DNA of 64,000 nucleotides. It comes from a virus. Position 1 is the first letter of the stretch, and each line of letters opens with the position of its first letter. Below are positions 37,841 to 46,828 of this stretch, in pieces. Position numbers and translations under genes: made by a program. The notes beneath the pieces are model-generated. The model saw only the letters and a program-made list of their open reading frames with translations. It made no database searches and was not told the origin of the DNA. The DNA lies in the IMG/VR virus record IMGVR_UViG_3300025030_000061, positions 31,052-95,051 of that record; one strand, 5' to 3'.

Positions 37841-38598
37841 CAGTTCGCCTCCATGCTGACGCTGGCCTGGAGCAGGTCGGCGACGGCTGCGTCGTGGACC
37901 ATCGCCTCTACGGCGGGCCGACAGAAATTGCTCACTGCGGCTGCTATGTGGTGCGCCTCGTATCCCGGGTGGATCCAGGAGCCGGGATCGGAGTTGCTGC
38001 TCACCATCCGGAAAGTCAGATACTTGCTCTGGCTCGCTTTTGCGTATTGCTTCTCGATCCGGACCATTCCCTCGTGGATGGGCGCCTTGTGCTTGTAGCC
38101 GGTGGTGGGGTTGCTCTGGATGCCGAGAGGACTCTTGAGACGGCCTCCCCAGGCCAGCTTGTTACCCTTCTGCACGGTCGCCTTCAGTTCCCGAGCCTTC
38201 TGGTAGATGCTCGCGGGCATGGCCCTGAAGTTTGAGTCTTTAGTCCCACCTGGTGCCGCGTGCCGGAATGGGACGATGTTGTACCGGATACCCTTTTTGC
38301 TGACCCGTGACTTGGGGCCGTTGAGCAGTGCGGGCTTCATGTCGAACGGACCGCAGCCGGTTTCCAACTGGTTGGCTATCTGCTTGATGGCCATGACCCG
38401 CTGGGTCAGGTTGTCGCCGTTTTTGAGCTGGCTGCTCAGCACGATGTTGTCGGCGTAGAGGCGGCGCAGTCCGATGTTCGCGGTGATCTCCTTGGCTCCG
38501 GGCACGGAGACACTCCCCATCACCACCTGCTGCCAAGTGGCCTGCACGTGTTGCGCTGCCTGGTTCACGGCTGCCTGCAGGTTCAACATGTCGCTCAT
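37840..38598 (-). CDS. neck / tail completion protein
   Basis: PFDMKPALL...YNIVPFRH...YLTFRMVSSNSDPGSWIHPG, as in K-like neck genes. Confidence 0.7.
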   Translation of the reverse strand: MSDMLNLQAAVNQAAQHVQATWQQVVMGSVSVPGAKEITANIGLRRLYADNIVLSSQLKNGDNLTQRVMAIKQIANQLETGCGPFDMKPALLNGPKSRVSKKGIRYNIVPFRHAAPGGTKDSNFRAMPASIYQKARELKATVQKGNKLAWGGRLKSPLGIQSNPTTGYKHKAPIHEGMVRIEKQYAKASQSKYLTFRMVSSNSDPGSWIHPGYEAHHIAAAVSNFCRPAVEAMVHDAAVADLLQASVSMEAN

Positions 38599-39233
38599 CG
38601 CCGCTCCATGAGATGCTTTTTGCGCAACATTACCTTGGAACCAATATCCTCGCCTGCACTGACCCTAGTGACTGGCGGCACAAACACCAGCCATTCGATG
38701 TAGGCGTGATATTTCACCACGTAGCGGGTGAACATACGGGGAGTCTTACCGTCCTGGGACTTCCCTGTCCATTGCCAGACGATCTTCTTCCCCTCGAACC
38801 TAAAGTCTCGGTCCTGCTTGTAAAACACCTTGTTCTCGTCGTAACAGAGGATGCTCTTGACCGCCTCGTAATACAGGGTGTCGTAGTCCTGGGAGGATCT
38901 GACGAGCGGGTCCCCCTGTCCGTGCGGCAGCGACCAGGTGAAGATAATCTTGTCGCCCTCGCTCACCGTGTCTTCGGAAAGCGGAGAGAACATGCAGTCC
39001 CCAGGCTCAAACACCCCGGTCTCCATGAGTTCACGGCGCTGCGTTATATCGGTCACTAGGCCGGTTATAGTGCGCTCCTCAAGGAACAGCCAGCCGCCGA
39101 CCTCGTGTTCCTTGCAGTTGGGGTCCGGCTGGCCGTCGGCGCCGTGACAAAAACAGCGGATGCCGATCATGTGCCGGACCTGCTCGCCTTCCTCCTCTAC
39201 AAACTGGTCTACTGCGGATACGGGTATCGACAT
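38595..39233 (-). CDS. head closure (stopper) protein
   Basis: RCFC...PDPNCKEH...GWLF Zn motif, directly after the adaptor. Confidence 0.6.
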   Translation of the reverse strand: MSIPVSAVDQFVEEEGEQVRHMIGIRCFCHGADGQPDPNCKEHEVGGWLFLEERTITGLVTDITQRRELMETGVFEPGDCMFSPLSEDTVSEGDKIIFTWSLPHGQGDPLVRSSQDYDTLYYEAVKSILCYDENKVFYKQDRDFRFEGKKIVWQWTGKSQDGKTPRMFTRYVVKYHAYIEWLVFVPPVTRVSAGEDIGSKVMLRKKHLMERR

Positions 39234-39234
39234 A

Positions 39235-40587
39235 TCAGACCACCACCATGGAGATTCCGCGGTACAGCTTCTTGAATTCGGGCGCCTTCTTGTCCAGCCA
39301 ATCCTTATACTCCTGGACGGCAGTATCGTAGACGCCTTTGGCGTTGTAGCTGCGGCTGACGCTCACCCCGTCTTTGCTGGTGCTCTCGGAGTTCACGCCG
39401 GCACGGTACGCCTGCTCGGCGGTGGTCAAAATGGAGACGGCCGCGGTATACCCGACCATCTTGATGATCTCGGCCGGGACCTTCTCGTCGAGACCAATCA
39501 CGGCGGTGTAGCGCCAGAAGTCGGCGATGAATTCGCGCACTCCCCAGAAGTTGATGCCCATGAAGAACGTCCAGTACATGGCGTAGGCGCTGCTGTATGG
39601 CAGCACGTCGACGATGCCTGCCTTGCGGTTCACAGATACGGCTCCGTCCTTAAGCTGTAGGGCCTTGGTATTACCGATGTAGCCGGTAAGGTTGCCCACT
39701 TTACCGACCTGGTGGTAAGGCATGTCGAGGTGCCAGCCGAGCCCGCGGGTGTTGAAGTCCTTCTCGTAGAAGGCTCGCGGGGCGGCTTTCTGGTCGTAGT
39801 ATTCGCCCATCGCCGGGTTTGAATAAAACGGCTCCGTTGCCACTCTGGTTGGCTCCAGCATGATCTTGAGCAGGCTCTCGACCTCCTGCGTTGCCTTCTC
39901 GATCTCGGACGACAGAAACTCGTTGGTCATCTCCTCGGAGTCGAGAAGGATCCCTTCGGCGGCGTCCGCTGCAGGCAGAGAGTAATAGTCAATCGCTACC
40001 TCGATGTAGGCGCCTTTAGCATCGAGGAGGATCGCATCGTCGCTGTCCTCGTCGATAGGGATGGCTACTCCGCCTCCCCAGGTCAAGGTCCCGTCGCTGG
40101 CGTCCCATGCGAGCGCATGCACGCCTTTTTTGGTTCCCTTGGCCACATTGGTAATGGTGACACCGGTGACTGCAGACGGTTGCCGCTTCGGAGCGAGCTT
40201 GGCGCCGGCCACGAGGTGGAGCCCCTGGCAGTAGGTCTTTCGCATCTCCTCTGCAGTAACGATGGCCGCCTTGAATGCCGCTGCTGCGGTGACGTCCCCC
40301 TGGGTGGCGGTCACCTGGTAGTCGCCTCGGTTGATGTGGGATGTCCCATCAGCGTCGACGATGGCCGTCAGGTCAAACTCGACCACGGTGCCTTTGGGCA
40401 TGTCCCCTTGGAGCGTGACGACCTGGGTGGCGATCACCACGCCTTTCTTCTCGATGGCTACGACCACCTGCTCCGCTGCCAGCTCGGTGGCGGGGACCGG
40501 GATTATCCTGGCCTTCACCACCGAGCGGGTCGCTTCGTACCGGGAATACTCACCTTTTCGAAGGTGTATGCTGATTCCGGTAAGCAT
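39235..40587 (-). CDS. head-tail adaptor with N-terminal extension
   Basis: C-terminal IEKATQEVESLL...YTAVIG...VPAEI...STSKDGVSVS adaptor pattern. Confidence 0.65.
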   Translation of the reverse strand: MLTGISIHLRKGEYSRYEATRSVVKARIIPVPATELAAEQVVVAIEKKGVVIATQVVTLQGDMPKGTVVEFDLTAIVDADGTSHINRGDYQVTATQGDVTAAAAFKAAIVTAEEMRKTYCQGLHLVAGAKLAPKRQPSAVTGVTITNVAKGTKKGVHALAWDASDGTLTWGGGVAIPIDEDSDDAILLDAKGAYIEVAIDYYSLPAADAAEGILLDSEEMTNEFLSSEIEKATQEVESLLKIMLEPTRVATEPFYSNPAMGEYYDQKAAPRAFYEKDFNTRGLGWHLDMPYHQVGKVGNLTGYIGNTKALQLKDGAVSVNRKAGIVDVLPYSSAYAMYWTFFMGINFWGVREFIADFWRYTAVIGLDEKVPAEIIKMVGYTAAVSILTTAEQAYRAGVNSESTSKDGVSVSRSYNAKGVYDTAVQEYKDWLDKKAPEFKKLYRGISMVVV

Positions 40588-40591
40588 CGGG

Positions 40592-41017
40592 TTATCTCGT
40601 CTGGATGCAGTAGGTGACGGTGTTTTCGGTGGCCGAACTGATAGGAGCAAACCCGAGGTTCTTCACCCCCTTGCCGACGGTGAATTTGTCGGTGGAGATT
40701 CGGGCTGTGCCGCTGTCGCTCCACTTGGTGAGCGCGGACGGTTTGAAGATGCCTGTGGTGGCCGTGCCTGCTGTGGTGGCAGTGAACCAGAACTTGTATG
40801 CGCTAGCGTTGTTCACCGGGACATTAAGCACGGTTTTGGTCCCGAGCGCAGCGCTGGTGCAGGTGTTCGGGGCAAAGTCGGTGCTGTACTGGCCTGACGG
40901 ATTCGACGGGTATTCCCCGCCGTCCTTCCAGGCGAACGCCGGGATGGTCAGAGCCAGCAGGATGGCGACGGTGAGCAGGATGGCGACGGCTTTCGATGTT
41001 GCGGAAATGTTTTTCAT
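40592..41017 (-). CDS. signal-peptide-bearing protein in head module
   Basis: MKNISATSKAVAILLTVAILLALTIPAFA-WK, beta-rich mature part with 2 Cys, GGAGG RBS. Confidence 0.65.
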   Translation of the reverse strand: MKNISATSKAVAILLTVAILLALTIPAFAWKDGGEYPSNPSGQYSTDFAPNTCTSAALGTKTVLNVPVNNASAYKFWFTATTAGTATTGIFKPSALTKWSDSGTARISTDKFTVGKGVKNLGFAPISSATENTVTYCIQTR

Positions 41018-41068
41018 GGTGCGTTTTCCTCCGGGTTTATTGTTGATGCCTGGCCTCTCGGCTGGCTG

Positions 41069-41542
41069 TTACGCGGGGGTGGTCAGGTCTTCTTTTCTGA
41101 TGTCGGCTGCGGAGAGGACGCTCGGACGTTCTTCGCCTACGATCAGCGCGTCGACTGCCTCGACGGTTTCGGCGACCTTGATGTCCGCGATAACGTCCGT
41201 GTGCTTGCGCTTGGTGACCACTTCGTCCTTCTTTTCATTGCCCTCGCCAGCTTCGCCAGTGCCCTTGCCGGGGTCCATGCCTTCGTTGTCCTTCTGGTCG
41301 TCCTGGGCGGGCTTTTTGTCGTCCTGGTCGTCCTGGGGCTTGGCGGGAGGCTTTAGCTCTATGGTGGTTTCTTTCCAAAAGTCGGGCTTGCCAACCTTGA
41401 GGAATACCTCGGCCTCGTCGTTGTTCACCTTGGCGACGCCGACGTTCCCCTTGTCCTCGAATACGACCAGGCGTTGCTCGCCCTTGCACTTGAATCTGAT
41501 CTTGCCCTTGTGCCTGCTGATGATCTCGATGGTCCGTGACAT
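41069..41542 (-). CDS. hypothetical head-associated protein
   Basis: AGGAGG RBS before MSRTIE. Acidic repeats and C-terminal GEERPSVL. Confidence 0.6.
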   Translation of the reverse strand: MSRTIEIISRHKGKIRFKCKGEQRLVVFEDKGNVGVAKVNNDEAEVFLKVGKPDFWKETTIELKPPAKPQDDQDDKKPAQDDQKDNEGMDPGKGTGEAGEGNEKKDEVVTKRKHTDVIADIKVAETVEAVDALIVGEERPSVLSAADIRKEDLTTPA

Positions 41543-41570
41543 TGATACCTCCTGGGGAGATTTAAGAATG

Positions 41571-41598
41571 GGGAGAGGCGGGTTTTCCGCCTCTCCCT
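41571..41598 (-). terminator. hairpin downstream of major capsid gene
   Basis: GGGAGAGGCGG...CCGCCTCTCCC. Confidence 0.6.
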
Positions 41599-41621
41599 CG
41601 TGCAATGCTGTGGAGTACTTC

Positions 41622-43064
41622 CTATGCGGAGTATGTGCCGCAGTTCTTGTAGATCTTCACCCTCTGGCCGGCCTTGATAACGGCTACCATGTAGAGCAGG
41701 AGCAGGAAGGGGAAGGTGGTGCCGGCCTGGGGGAGCGGCATCTTGATGAGCGGGGTCATCTGCGCGATGCAGATGTCCTTCGCATCGGGCTTGATCACCA
41801 GGGCAAGGCCGTCGGCTGCTTTACCGTAGGCGTCTACGGTGTGCCATTCGCCCTTGTCGATGTAGGTCAGATTGCCGGCACTCGGTTGTGCGACCTTGTC
41901 GATCCACTTCGCGTCGCTACCGTCGGCGAGCTGGCCGCGGTAGATGCGGTAGCCGGTTGCGCCTGCGGTTCGGGTAATGACAGTGGTTACCTTGGTGGTG
42001 GCATCGTCCACCAGAACCCCTTCGGTTATCACCGGCATCGACTCGCCTGTGTCGTTGAAGGCTGCTACGCTGTAGTAATATGTGCCGGGCACGTGCTGAC
42101 CGGCTGCATCGTCAGCGGCGAGCGGTTGGGTAGTGACCGCCGGGGTACCGGGGGTGTTAGCCGGGGCGCCGTCGAACAGCGGCTGGCCGGTTTCGACCTC
42201 CTGGAGCAGGATGCTGTGGTCGAACTGGAAGGTGCCGAACTCGGAGTCGTACTTGTCGATTGCCGTGCCGGGGGTGAACTTGTTCCCGGTCTGCATGTCC
42301 TTGTTGAAGCGGACGATGTCGCGGGATCCGAACTGCTTGTTGAGCCCCTTCTTGACGTGAGGGGACATGAGGATCTGGTACCCGTCCACGGAGGCCTGCT
42401 TGCCGGAGGTGATGAAGTCCTCGGCCGCGTCGTCGAGTTCGTCGAAGGTGAGCGCGGCGCCCTGCATGTCGATCACGTTCTGAGGGAAGTGCTCGGTGAG
42501 CTGGGCCAGGAGACCGTCGGCGTTAACGTCGTTGCCGCTCTCGTCGAGGATGCTCTCCTTGGAGAAGATCAGCTCGCGCTCGACCTTCTCGAGCAGTTCC
42601 AGGGTACGGTCGCGGTTCTCGCGGACCGTCGGGTCTTCAAATGCGCCGCCGTTCTGGCCGGTGATCAGCATCTGGTGGGTCACGCCGCCCTGGGTACCCA
42701 GGAACTTGTTGTAGATGCCTTCGCGCTTGAAGTTCGAGGTTCCGCCCTTCGGTGCTCCGCCCTGGGCAAAGCCGGCGCCGCCTCTGCGACTGGATCCAAA
42801 ACCCTTGTGGACGTTGTACTCGTAGTACGGGGTTGCGCTCGGTACTTTCGGCAGCAGGTTGTACAGCTTGAAGTGTCTCTCGGTGATGAGGACTTCGGTC
42901 ATCACACCGTCGAGGTTTTCCAGCATGAGCGGGCCGTTGCCGTTTGCCATGGCGACGCCGCTGTTGGTCTGGAGGGCTTTCCGCAGGTCGTCGACTATCT
43001 GGTCGCCGGTCTGGTTATAGCCTCCTGCCTTGAGCATCTGGTCGTAACTCTGAACGTGTAGCAT
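41622..43064 (-). CDS. major capsid protein (phage K/A511-like, with FN3-like I-domain)
   Basis: LRKAL...LMLENLD N-arm, KFLG, GLLAQL, YYYSVAAFNDTGES, QMTPLIKMPL. Confidence 0.9.
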   Translation of the reverse strand: MLHVQSYDQMLKAGGYNQTGDQIVDDLRKALQTNSGVAMANGNGPLMLENLDGVMTEVLITERHFKLYNLLPKVPSATPYYEYNVHKGFGSSRRGGAGFAQGGAPKGGTSNFKREGIYNKFLGTQGGVTHQMLITGQNGGAFEDPTVRENRDRTLELLEKVERELIFSKESILDESGNDVNADGLLAQLTEHFPQNVIDMQGAALTFDELDDAAEDFITSGKQASVDGYQILMSPHVKKGLNKQFGSRDIVRFNKDMQTGNKFTPGTAIDKYDSEFGTFQFDHSILLQEVETGQPLFDGAPANTPGTPAVTTQPLAADDAAGQHVPGTYYYSVAAFNDTGESMPVITEGVLVDDATTKVTTVITRTAGATGYRIYRGQLADGSDAKWIDKVAQPSAGNLTYIDKGEWHTVDAYGKAADGLALVIKPDAKDICIAQMTPLIKMPLPQAGTTFPFLLLLYMVAVIKAGQRVKIYKNCGTYSA

Positions 43065-43118
43065 GTGGGTGTTCCTCCTGTTGATGTGCGGTTGCTGTAG
43101 CAGACCGGGGGTTGTGGG

Positions 43119-43826
43119 TTATGCGCCGATGAGTTCCCTGACCTCGGCGGGAAGCCGGTCGACGCTCTTGTAGGTGCCGAAGTCGGTCAGGTACCTGGCG
43201 TGGGTCTTCCCTTCCTGGACAGCCTTCTGCAGGGATTCCATGACCTCGGAGATCGATTTCTTCAGTTCGCCTCCGTCATTCTCGGCTGCGGATCCCTGGC
43301 CGAGCCTGGCTGCGTTGGGAGCCAGCGGGGTGGCTGCAATTTCGCTGACCGACTTGGCGATCCGCTCCATGCCTTCGTCCTTGCTCTTGGAGAGGTCCCC
43401 GATGACGCCGGCCAGCTTGATGTTGAGGTTGAGGAGGGAGCCCACGGCCTTTTTGAGCACTTCCATCTCGCCCAGCATGGCGTTGGTCCCGGTTTCCACC
43501 GATTTCTGCAGGTCGGCGTATGCCTCGCTCGCCTCGACGAGCAGCTCGTCCTCGATCTGCTGGCGTGCCTGGGATTTCCGCAGTGTTTCGGCTTCCTCCT
43601 CCGCCTCTTTCGATTTGCGAAGCTCCTCTGCTTCCTCTGCCTCCTGGGCTTTGCGAAGCTCCTCCGCTTCTTCGGTCCCTTCCGCAGGCGTCTCCGATTT
43701 CCGCAGCACGACATCGAACCCTGCGCCGAGTTCTTCCTGCAGCGCTTTGGTCAGCTGCTCCAGCTCGTCTCCGGGGTTGCTGGATTTCGAGAGTGCTTCC
43801 AGCTCCTCCATTGCTTTTTTGAACAT
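43119..43826 (-). CDS. scaffolding protein
   Basis: Acidic coiled coil with 13 hydrophobic-x-K-[S/A] motifs, between protease and capsid. Confidence 0.8.
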   Translation of the reverse strand: MFKKAMEELEALSKSSNPGDELEQLTKALQEELGAGFDVVLRKSETPAEGTEEAEELRKAQEAEEAEELRKSKEAEEEAETLRKSQARQQIEDELLVEASEAYADLQKSVETGTNAMLGEMEVLKKAVGSLLNLNIKLAGVIGDLSKSKDEGMERIAKSVSEIAATPLAPNAARLGQGSAAENDGGELKKSISEVMESLQKAVQEGKTHARYLTDFGTYKSVDRLPAEVRELIGA

Positions 43827-43851
43827 GCCTTCTCCTCCTTCTGTAGTTGGT

Positions 43852-44835
43852 CTAGCTGATGATGCCTGCGGCCTTCAGCGCAGCGCTGATGTCCGGCCTA
43901 CCTCCGGCCATGTCTATGGCCTTTCGTAAAAACGTGATCGCTTCCTGGTGGCTTGCGCCTCGGCACTTCTTGAGGTGCTCGACCGTTCCGGGGATGCCTC
44001 CCTTGAAGGCCATCGTGTCGGGGTCGAAGCATCCGCAGGGGGTGGCAATCTGCTCGGCGCCATAGAGGACCTGGGTGAATCCCCTGTCGAGGTTTTCGCG
44101 CATGGTCGGCGCGTTGCCGTTCGCCATCGGGATCCCGGTGTCGGTCCCCAGGGCCTTCTGTAGCTCCGCCTCGGCCGGGTGGTCGTGACTGCCGCACTGG
44201 TGCCCTGGGGTATGCAGCGGGTGGCCGGGGTGGCAGCGACCGCAGCACATGCTCTTGCGGAAGCACTCGACGGTGGCGCTCATGTTGACCGGCTTGTGCG
44301 TTACAGCCAGGTGTGTCACCAGCGACTTGACGATCTTGTTGCCGTGGCGCTTTATCACTCCGCCTTCCACGGAGTAACTGAGTGCCCGCGGGGCTCCGGC
44401 TTTCTGCAGTGCAGTGCCGAGTTCCCACATCTCGTCTGCCAGGCGGGTCTGCTCGCTCCTGGTGTTCCCGCTCGACTGGAGCAGCTCGCCTTCGACGTAG
44501 AGCCCCTTGTCTCGGATCTCCGCCTTGGTCGGGTATCCGATGATGAACGGCATCTTGCCGCCGCTGGATCCGCAGCTTGGGCATTTCCGAAACGGGGAGA
44601 CGTGGCCGCATTGGAGGCACTTCGCCTGGTGGTCGTAGTTGAGGAAGCCGGTCGCCATCAGCGGGGCAAAGTCGATGCCGTTCTTCAGCACCACCTCGCC
44701 GTCCTGGTCCATGTCCTCGGTGGAGGCATATCCGCGGATGATCCGACGGTTGCCGTCGCCGCTTTTCCTTAGTTCGACCTCGATCGGGAGTTCGAATAGG
44801 ATGTCGCGCTGTTCTTCTGGCTCGTGCTGTTCCAT
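43852..44835 (-). CDS. prohead protease
   Basis: IRGYASTEDMDQDGEVV, GFLNYDH, IGYP, LSYSVEG, LAVTHKPVN. Confidence 0.9.
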   Translation of the reverse strand: MEQHEPEEQRDILFELPIEVELRKSGDGNRRIIRGYASTEDMDQDGEVVLKNGIDFAPLMATGFLNYDHQAKCLQCGHVSPFRKCPSCGSSGGKMPFIIGYPTKAEIRDKGLYVEGELLQSSGNTRSEQTRLADEMWELGTALQKAGAPRALSYSVEGGVIKRHGNKIVKSLVTHLAVTHKPVNMSATVECFRKSMCCGRCHPGHPLHTPGHQCGSHDHPAEAELQKALGTDTGIPMANGNAPTMRENLDRGFTQVLYGAEQIATPCGCFDPDTMAFKGGIPGTVEHLKKCRGASHQEAITFLRKAIDMAGGRPDISAALKAAGIIS

Positions 44836-44853
44836 GCGGGATCCTTAGAACGC

Positions 44854-44888
44854 AAAAAGGCGACCCCGGATGTACCGGTGGTCGCCTA
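44854..44888 (-). terminator. hairpin plus U-tract just upstream of the protease gene
   Basis: On the - strand: AGGCGACC...GGTCGCCTTTTT. Confidence 0.55.
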
Positions 44889-44915
44889 TAGCTGGACGGG
44901 TCATTTGCCTTACGG

Positions 44916-45110
44916 CTACTCCCCGCTGTTCCCTGCCAAGCGTGATTCTTTGATGATGAGGTTCCCCTTGGGGGTGGCCTCTATGTTTATTTCCCTGCCT
45001 CTGTAATGAAACCGGAGGGGCAGGTCAGTTCGCGCCAGCACAGGGATCGCTGCCTCGTCTGTCTGGATGCTCTTACGGAGCAGATATATCAATCTGGGCG
45101 CTGTCTGCAT
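44916..45110 (-). CDS. small hypothetical protein
   Basis: 64 aa directly after a class B promoter. Contains LLRKS. Confidence 0.5.
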   Translation of the reverse strand: MQTAPRLIYLLRKSIQTDEAAIPVLARTDLPLRFHYRGREINIEATPKGNLIIKESRLAGNSGE

Positions 45111-45119
45111 TTACGTGCG

Positions 45120-45159
45120 AGTGTAGTTTGCTATACGCTACAGTGTCAACACTTTTGCC
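45120..45159 (-). promoter_or_regulatory. class B promoter TTGACA-N18-TACACT, operator inverted in spacer
   Basis: ggcaaaagtg TTGACA ctgtagcgtatagcaaac TACACT. Confidence 0.7.
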
Positions 45160-45463
45160 TTTGCTTGTATTTGTTTTTCTTCTGGTTCTTCAGCGTGCCC
45201 CTTCGGTATGGCCGCTCGATGGTGAGGATCATGGTCACTGCCTCGTTGGTGACGAAGCGCCAGTGCTCGGTGATGAAGTATCGAGCCGGAACCATCCGGT
45301 TCTTCAGTAGACGGAGGACCTGCCCGTATCCCAGGTCCTCCTCCTGCGCTGTGCTCATGATCGCCTGGAGCGTTCGGTGCCAGCATATGGGGCGGGTTCC
45401 CTCCCACCGGGTAACAAATCGGTCCCAGGCATGCCCGGTGATCTCTGCCCGGCGCAGGGGCAT
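45146..45463 (-). CDS. hypothetical protein (ITxHAxxRF motif, possibly RelE/BECR-like)
   Basis: EITGHAWDRFVTRW...WRFV...MILTI. Confidence 0.5.
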   Translation of the reverse strand: MPLRRAEITGHAWDRFVTRWEGTRPICWHRTLQAIMSTAQEEDLGYGQVLRLLKNRMVPARYFITEHWRFVTNEAVTMILTIERPYRRGTLKNQKKNKYKQRQKC

Positions 45464-45464
45464 G

Positions 45465-46421
45465 TTATCGGCCCAGGGTGGCCAGGACCGATTTCATGAT
45501 TCCGGCGTCCTTGGCGATCTTGAGGTGGCTGTAGTATTCCGGGTCTTCGTCGAGATGCTGGAGCACGATGCGTGCGACCTTCTCCTGGTTGTAGTCCACG
45601 ACGTCGGCGTGCTCCTCCTCGTGAAACATGCCGTCGCAGAACTCGTCGAGGCTGTATTTGTTCCAGTCGAGGCCCATGGCGTCGCCGATCTGTTTGCAGA
45701 TGGCCTCGCCGGATTTACGGAGCGGATCCTGGACGGCGGAAAGCCCGTCATAAGTGGCATCCCTCTGCTCGATCACGTCCTGTGCTCTCTGTCTTAGCTC
45801 TGCCTCGGTGAACAGCCGGCCGGGTCCTTCCATGATCCCGTTTGGAGATTCGGGGGGCGGCAGGTACCGGGTGTTGTCCAGGCGCTCTCCCTGGCGGGTA
45901 AACGCTGCCTCCTTGAACTCCTCGAAGGGCCAGATGCTCATGCTGCCAAAAAACTCGGGGCAGTCGTATGCGGCACAGAAGTGGCGCTTGGCCTCCTCGG
46001 GGCTGTTCAGTCCCAGGAAGCACTTGTCCTCGTCATACGCATCAAATGTGGGCGGCTTGTTGGTATGCACCACGTAGACTTCTGGCGCCTGATGGTCGGG
46101 GCCTATGAACACGTCGAGCTGGTCGCCGTCGGTTCCCTTGGTCCCCTTGATGTACCCGTAGGGGAGACTCATGCGGCTCATGCCCTGGGTGCCGTTGTGT
46201 GGGTCGTGCCACTCCCGGATCCGGGAGCGTCCCGTCTCGATGCTGATCGGGAGCCCGTTAAAGTCGATGCTTCCCTGGAGGGGGCGAGCCTTCATCAGCA
46301 CGGCCGGGTGGCGGATGCCTCCCTGGGTCTTCAACCACAGCTGGTACTCCTCGTCGGCCTTAACCAGACGCGGGTCCTTTGGTGTTTCTGCACGCAATGC
46401 GTGCGATTTGAGCAAACGCAC
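45465..46421 (-). CDS. head cargo protein: polyvalent-type inorganic pyrophosphatase (InPase) plus DUF5661-like domain
   Basis: GLPISIE...YGYIKGTKGTDGDQLDVFIG...YDEDKCFLG and FCDGMFHEEEH...HLDEDPEYYSHL. GTG start after AAGGAGG. Confidence 0.78.
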   Translation of the reverse strand: MRLLKSHALRAETPKDPRLVKADEEYQLWLKTQGGIRHPAVLMKARPLQGSIDFNGLPISIETGRSRIREWHDPHNGTQGMSRMSLPYGYIKGTKGTDGDQLDVFIGPDHQAPEVYVVHTNKPPTFDAYDEDKCFLGLNSPEEAKRHFCAAYDCPEFFGSMSIWPFEEFKEAAFTRQGERLDNTRYLPPPESPNGIMEGPGRLFTEAELRQRAQDVIEQRDATYDGLSAVQDPLRKSGEAICKQIGDAMGLDWNKYSLDEFCDGMFHEEEHADVVDYNQEKVARIVLQHLDEDPEYYSHLKIAKDAGIMKSVLATLGR

Positions 46422-46422
46422 G

Positions 46423-46521
46423 TTATTTACCCTCCTTGGCGGGGCAGTCGTTGCATTCGAGGCCGCAGCCTCCCGAGCACATTCTTCCGTTACCCTTGGG
46501 GCAGATGAAGCAGGTCGCCAT
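46423..46521 (-). CDS. 32-aa six-cysteine peptide
   Basis: MATCFICPKGNGRMCSGGCGLECNDCPAKEGK, GAGGAG RBS, fills the gap exactly. Confidence 0.55.
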   Translation of the reverse strand: MATCFICPKGNGRMCSGGCGLECNDCPAKEGK

Positions 46522-46525
46522 GCTA

Positions 46526-46768
46526 TTACTTCTCCTCCTCGGGTTCTCCCCAAGATTCGCCTGCCTTGTACTCGTCCTCGGTAAAACCGGGGATCCTTTC
46601 TCCGCCGCGCTTGTGGGCCCCGCGCCAGAATCCGGGAGGCGGCAGGTCTCCGTCTGCCAGGTCCCAATCCGTTTCCAGCGTATCCTCGCCCAGCATCCCC
46701 TCTGTGCCGTCTATGACGTCATCCGGGACCGGGTCGCCTTCCTGGTGCTCGAAAAGTGCTTTCGTCAT
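46526..46768 (-). CDS. small acidic protein
   Basis: GAGG RBS, 80 aa, directly downstream of the polyprotein. Confidence 0.6.
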   Translation of the reverse strand: MTKALFEHQEGDPVPDDVIDGTEGMLGEDTLETDWDLADGDLPPPGFWRGAHKRGGERIPGFTEDEYKAGESWGEPEEEK

Positions 46769-46828
46769 CTGTTCTGTCCTCCTGTTTGTGGATTACCTCA
46801 GTGAGGGTAAGCCACTGCCGTACAATGA

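Noticed and set aside
41850-42170. FN3/Ig-like insertion in the major capsid protein as a novelty
   Set aside because: It corresponds to the insertion domain already present in K/A511-like capsid proteins.
40614-43061. 815-aa ORF on the + strand
   Set aside because: Antisense shadow of the capsid and adjacent genes.
46422-46667. N-terminal 82 aa of the 400-aa ORF in the track
   Set aside because: It overlaps two better small ORFs. The GTG at 46421 has a strong RBS and starts at the LLKS motif.
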